NCBI GenBank assembly: GCA_000004985.1 | Contig: GG739300.1 | Length of the DNA: 1,971 bases | Strand: one strand, 5' to 3' | From: Naegleria gruberi | Taxonomy: Eukaryota | Shown: positions 1 to 1,971 of the stretch, in pieces | Layout of the letters: each line of letters starts with the position of its first letter | Position numbering within the stretch: position 1 is the stretch's first letter | Position numbers and translations under genes: made by a program | Notes under the pieces: generated by a model | What the model was told of the DNA's origin: nothing | The model's input: only the letters and a program-made list of their open reading frames with translations | Database searches by the model: none

Positions 1-943
1 CCTCCTGATCACAAACAACAACTTCATAAGTATCTCCAATGCATGCCATTAATTTACCATTCTTTGACTGAGTCACTGAATTATTGATACAATAATCAAA
101 AGATACTGCTGAAATCATGTCCATTGTAGGAAGATCAAACTTTCTAACAAACCCATCATTACTTGACACTAACAATGAATTTCCCTTCAAATCTAAATAA
201 TTTGTTATAGAGTTGGCAGAGTGTGATATTCGGTTATTGTAAATAACCTCTCCATCATTCTCTAAATTCATAATTACAATTTCTCCTTTAAATCCACCAG
301 CTACCAGATATGGGTAATTAGCATTAAGTGTTGATATTAAAATTCCTGAAGCTTCCGAATCCATATAAGTTAAATCCTTTACAATTCCCTTTCCCTTCCT
401 GAGATCCATTGATACTTTCGAATTTGATAATTTTCCATCAGCTTGTTGAGTTGTTCTTGTTATAGAATTCCAATGATGAATTGAATTATCATTCATATAA
501 TATACATCAGTAGGCGAAGTTGCTGCTATCATATGTCTCAATTGAAAGTGAGTAAACGAGCATGGTGTTTGTCTAGAATTTGATTTAAACGAATAAAAGC
601 AACATTTTTCATCTGTCGGAAAGTGTAATTTACTCTCCATATCACACAAATCACCAATTGGTTTACTCTCATCAGCATTCTTTTCCAGTGCTTTATCATA
701 CGTCTTCATTCTTTCAAGTCTATAATTTGATCGGGACTTCTTAATACTAACTTCCCATCCAATACGTTGAACATCTTGTCCATACACTTCAGATTGTAGG
801 CTTGTAGTATCCACGGCTAGTGATTGTTCCGTTAGAAATTTATTTCTCTTATCAAATAAATCTACAATACATGGATTTTCCGAGTATTCTTCCAAGTCAT
901 CACTCATCACTTGTCCATTTGTTGGTCTGTTATTACCATTCAT
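1..943 (-). CDS. WD40-repeat family protein, N-terminal 314 codons. The 5' end is complete (ATG at 943-941) and the 3' end continues past window position 1.
   Basis: I translated the minus strand by hand in the frame of the ATG at 943-941 and found no stop through position 2. Every plus-strand triplet starting at a position congruent to 2 mod 3 was checked for tta/cta/tca. The in-frame TAA (plus 950-952, tta) three codons upstream fixes this ATG as the first start. The start context is A8-ATG-A, which is typical of yeast. The protein begins MNGNNRPTNGQVMSDDLEEYSENP. It contains WD-repeat-like strand/turn signatures: YPYLVAGGFKGEIVIMNLEN (plus 263-316), LLVSSNDGFVRKFDL and KLMACIGDTYEVVVCD (near plus 2-50). 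Codon usage matches the neighbouring gene. The ORF track omits it because no stop codon falls inside the window. Confidence 0.8.
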   Translation of the reverse strand, partial: MNGNNRPTNGQVMSDDLEEYSENPCIVDLFDKRNKFLTEQSLAVDTTSLQSEVYGQDVQRIGWEVSIKKSRSNYRLERMKTYDKALEKNADESKPIGDLCDMESKLHFPTDEKCCFYSFKSNSRQTPCSFTHFQLRHMIAATSPTDVYYMNDNSIHHWNSITRTTQQADGKLSNSKVSMDLRKGKGIVKDLTYMDSEASGILISTLNANYPYLVAGGFKGEIVIMNLENDGEVIYNNRISHSANSITNYLDLKGNSLLVSSNDGFVRKFDLPTMDMISAVSFDYCINNSVTQSKNGKLMACIGDTYEVVVCDQE

Positions 944-975
944 TTTTTTTTAAAGTTTGTAAGCTTCGTCCCCAT
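940..975 (-). other. uORF of 11 codons (MGTKLTNFKKK*). Its TGA stop overlaps the main ATG as ATGA.
   Basis: The minus strand reads ATG(975-973) GGG ACG AAG CTT ACA AAC TTT AAA AAA AAA TGA(942-940). The main ATG is at 943-941, so the stop and start share 2 nt. The uATG has A at -3. Whether it lies inside the transcript depends on an unmapped TSS. Confidence 0.3.
942..958. repeat. Copy 1 of an exact 17-bp direct repeat, atttttttttaaagttt. It overlaps the start codon and A-rich leader of the WD gene.
   Basis: The 17 bases at 942-958 are identical to those at 1211-1227. Confidence 0.7.
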
Positions 976-1022
976 GATACCTTTTGGGATAGACACAATT
1001 CAATTCTCAATTTAAATCATAG

Positions 1023-1041
1023 AGGCTTTATTAAGGCTTTA
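1023..1041. repeat. Tandem 8-mer AGGCTTTA x2 (minus strand TAAAGCCT), with centres 11 bp apart.
   Basis: aggcttta at 1023-1030 and 1034-1041 are separated by tta. A third partial copy, taaagc, sits at 1371-1376 in the same orientation as the minus-strand motif. Confidence 0.5.
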
Positions 1042-1045
1042 AATA
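1038..1045 (-). promoter_or_regulatory. TATA-like element (minus strand TATTTAAA), about 95-100 bp upstream of the WD-gene ATG.
   Basis: The minus strand reads TAATATTTAAAG (plus 1037-1048, ctttaaatatta). This matches TATAWAWR with one mismatch. The distance to the ATG is compatible with yeast TATA-to-TSS spacing plus a short leader. Confidence 0.25.
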
Positions 1046-1210
1046 TTATTTTAGTTAAATCCTATAATCCTAAAATCATTGATAATTGGCATGAAATTCA
1101 AAGTCTATTATCACTACTTGTTGGTAAAGCACACAGAAAATATTACTCATGTTCTCTTAATTCAAGATAATACCTCATGATCCTATTGGGATCAGCTACA
1201 CTGAAATAAA

Positions 1211-1227
1211 ATTTTTTTTTAAAGTTT
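1211..1227. repeat. Copy 2 of the exact 17-bp direct repeat atttttttttaaagttt.
   Basis: Identical to 942-958. It lies 269 bp upstream, in minus-strand sense, of copy 1. Confidence 0.7.
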
Positions 1228-1267
1228 TTAAAAATAGAATTTTACTATTATTGTTTTTTCTTTTTGA

Positions 1268-1279
1268 AATAATAATAAT
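1268..1279. repeat. (AAT)4 microsatellite.
   Basis: aataataataat read directly from the sequence. Confidence 0.8.
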
Positions 1280-1315
1280 TTAAATCAAATTAAAATGGCA
1301 ACTATAAATCTATTT

Positions 1316-1327
1316 AATAATAATAAT
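1316..1327. repeat. (AAT)4 microsatellite.
   Basis: aataataataat read directly from the sequence. Confidence 0.8.
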
Positions 1328-1360
1328 TATGATGAATAATTAATTTTTAAATAGTATTTT

Positions 1361-1366
1361 TTTATT
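1361..1366 (-). terminator. Candidate poly(A) positioning element AATAAA for the mS41 gene, about 150 nt past the stop.
   Basis: Plus tttatt at 1361-1366 gives minus AATAAA. It is flanked by U-rich runs (plus 1357-1363 and 1377-1383 T tracts give minus A tracts, and minus T-rich sequence lies nearby). Yeast 3'-end signals are degenerate, so this is only suggestive. Confidence 0.2.
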
Positions 1367-1420
1367 GCCTTAAAGCTTTTTTTCAAAAAATCGAGATAAT
1401 GGTGTAGCAGTAGTATACCG

Positions 1421-1454
1421 ATGATGATAAGTAATAATAATAATTAGAGAGAGA
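1421..1454. repeat. Cluster of simple repeats: (GAT)3 at 1421-1429, (AAT)4 at 1433-1444 and (AG)4 at 1446-1454. It lies in the presumed mS41 3' UTR.
   Basis: Read directly from the sequence: gatgatgataagtaataataataattagagagaga. Confidence 0.8.
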
Positions 1455-1514
1455 TGTATCCAAAGTAAACAGCAACAACTAACACATTTCACACTACTTT
1501 TGTAGATTGAGAAA

Positions 1515-1971
1515 TTAATGCAAGTAGGTTTGTGGATATCCTGGAACTTCGCCCTTTCTATATCTTTCCAACCATTTCAAAATCCAACGACGTTGGGCAA
1601 CTGGTATTTCCTTAACCTTCAATTTGAGAGACTTGGAGGTGAACAAATCTTCCCATGAAGTAAATTTATCTACATGTTCTTCGCATCCTTTACCGATATT
1701 CTTTAAAAATGATTCCACAGTTATTCCTCTTCTTCTTCTCGGAACGATAAGTGGGTCTAGGAGAGGTTTTGGAAGGTTAGCGAGTTGTCTTCTGAGTTTA
1801 GTTTCATCATCTTCCTCTTCTTCAGCGGCTTCGCTATATGAACGTTTAATTGTTGTATTATTGAAAGTTTGATTCATCAAGAATTTATATTGATTTTGCT
1901 TGCATTGCAAAACAACTCTAGATGTTGCTGATGAAAGTTGTTGTTGGGATGGTTTTCTGGCAACCAATGAA
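1515..1971 (-). CDS. FYV4: Mitochondrial small-subunit ribosomal protein mS41 (Fyv4 family, IGR-motif domain). The stop is TAA at 1517-1515. The 5' end is open to the window edge, and an internal Met at 1877-1875 is an alternative start.
   Basis: The minus-strand ORF is 150+ aa. Its C-terminal half, FLKNIGKGCEEHVDKFTSWEDLFTSKSLKLKVKEIPVAQRRWILKWLERYRKGEVP, matches the conserved pattern I recall for the fungal IGR/mS41 family (IGR.C.E.....W..LF......G.PV..RRYIL....RY..G), as in S. cerevisiae Fyv4. The N-terminal ~45 residues (LVARKPSQQQLSSATSRVVLQCKQNQYKF...) are rich in S/R/K/Q and lack acidic residues, which is consistent with a mitochondrial presequence. The first codon in the track is TTG, shown as M. 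The frame stays open to position 1971 (minus reads ..T TCA TTG), so the true ATG lies beyond the window or is the Met at 1877. Confidence 0.8.
   Translation of the reverse strand, partial: SLVARKPSQQQLSSATSRVVLQCKQNQYKFLMNQTFNNTTIKRSYSEAAEEEEDDETKLRRQLANLPKPLLDPLIVPRRRRGITVESFLKNIGKGCEEHVDKFTSWEDLFTSKSLKLKVKEIPVAQRRWILKWLERYRKGEVPGYPQTYLH
1803..1832 (-). other. Acidic low-complexity segment EAAEEEEDDE inside the mS41 CDS.
   Basis: A GAA/GAG/GAT-rich run on the minus strand. Its reverse complement produces the poly-Ser run of the spurious plus ORF 1624..1872. Confidence 0.7.

Larger units (their letters stand above)
1201..1400. promoter_or_regulatory. Poly(dA:dT)-rich core, a candidate nucleosome-depleted region upstream of the WD gene.
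   Basis: About 200 bp that is almost entirely A/T, with several homopolymer runs of at least 5 bp. Established knowledge: poly(dA:dT) tracts exclude nucleosomes and mark yeast promoter nucleosome-depleted regions. Confidence 0.4.
944..1514 (-). promoter_or_regulatory. Intergenic region. The mS41 3' UTR and terminator occupy the right part (about 1360-1514). The WD-gene promoter and 5' leader occupy the left part (about 944-1260).
   Basis: This lies between the TAA of the upstream gene and the ATG of the downstream gene on the same strand. It is very AT-rich, with homopolymer tracts (T9 at 943-951 and 1212-1220, T5/A5 at 1225-1234, T6CT5 at 1254-1265, T7 at 1357-1363 and 1377-1383, A6 at 1385-1390). 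Such tracts are typical of the nucleosome-depleted regions of yeast promoters. Confidence 0.6.

Noticed and set aside
745-751. TACTAAC, the yeast intron branch-point consensus, on the plus strand.
   Set aside because: There is no plus-strand gene here. There is no GTATGT 5' splice site upstream on that strand, and no matching gttagta/acatac pair on the minus strand. The minus ORF is continuous without an intron.
820-1170. Plus-strand ORF of 116 aa from the track (MIVPLEIYFSYQINLQ...).
   Set aside because: It lies antisense to the 5' end of the verified minus-strand CDS and spans the AT-rich promoter. The protein is low-complexity with no recognisable motifs. It crosses the minus ATG/TAA boundary, so it cannot be coding if the minus gene is real.
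1201-1400. AT-rich block as a possible replication origin (ARS) or point centromere.
   Set aside because: I found no match to the S. cerevisiae ACS WTTTAYRTTTW on either strand by manual scan. There is no CDEI/CDEIII-like (CCGAA) flank in the intergenic region. The block is more simply explained as promoter/terminator poly(dA:dT).
1329-1428. Two ATGATGA (snoRNA C-box-like) motifs at 1329-1335 and 1422-1428 on the plus strand.
   Set aside because: There is no CUGA D box within a snoRNA-sized distance downstream (none between 1336 and 1560 on the plus strand). There is no terminal stem. The motifs are part of GAT/AAT simple repeats.
1081-1431. Several GATAA/GATAAG motifs (1081-1085, 1166-1170, 1395-1399, 1427-1432; minus-strand copy at 1108-1112) as GATA-factor sites.
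   Set aside because: About five copies in 571 bp of AT-rich DNA on two strands is close to chance expectation (roughly 2-3). The spacing shows no sign of real sites.
1400-1514. Searched the mS41 3' UTR for a Puf3 element (UGUAHAUA), typical of yeast mitoribosomal mRNAs.
   Set aside because: There is no TGTA-containing match on the minus strand within about 250 nt after the stop. I can neither support nor exclude Puf3 regulation from this sequence.
1624-1872. Plus-strand ORF of 82 aa with a poly-Ser run (SSSSSSSAAS).
   Set aside because: It is fully antisense to the mS41 CDS. The Ser run is the reverse complement of the acidic GAA/GAG block (EEEEDDE). It is a mirror artefact.
1-1971. Prokaryotic-style features (operons, RBS, CRISPR, defence systems, IS elements, tRNA genes).
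   Set aside because: The sequence is eukaryotic (yeast-like), judged from codon usage, A-rich Kozak contexts, long AT-rich intergenic DNA with poly(dA:dT), and a mitochondrial-targeted ribosomal protein gene. There are no direct-repeat/spacer arrays, no inverted terminal repeats and no tRNA-like T-loop (GTTCGA) motifs.

Overview
This window is AT-rich DNA that looks like budding-yeast (Saccharomycotina) nuclear genome. It holds two protein-coding genes on the minus strand, arranged head-to-tail, and a 571-bp AT-rich intergenic region between them. Codon usage (TTA/TTG Leu, AGA Arg, CCA Pro), A-rich start contexts and poly(dA:dT) intergenic tracts support the yeast call; only two CTG codons occur, which fits a CTG-clade Candida-like yeast but does not prove it.

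1. Minus 943..1: a long CDS with its ATG at 943-941. It has an in-frame TAA three codons upstream and then runs open off the left edge (314 codons). It has WD40-repeat-like signatures. The supplied ORF track omits it, apparently because its stop codon lies outside the window; I verified it codon by codon.

2. Minus 1971..1515: a CDS that is open at the right window edge and ends with TAA at 1517-1515. It encodes a mitochondrial ribosomal protein of the mS41/Fyv4 (IGR-motif) family.

3. 944..1514: carries the mS41 3' UTR/terminator and the WD gene promoter and 5' leader. It also has several short repeats and an 11-codon uORF that overlaps the WD start codon.

Both plus-strand ORFs in the track (820..1170 and 1624..1872) are antisense artefacts. 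I see no prokaryotic-style defence, mobile, CRISPR or RNA-gene content. This is an ordinary housekeeping locus, and the findings are modest: a missed gene, a start-overlapping uORF, promoter repeats and an ambiguous start.
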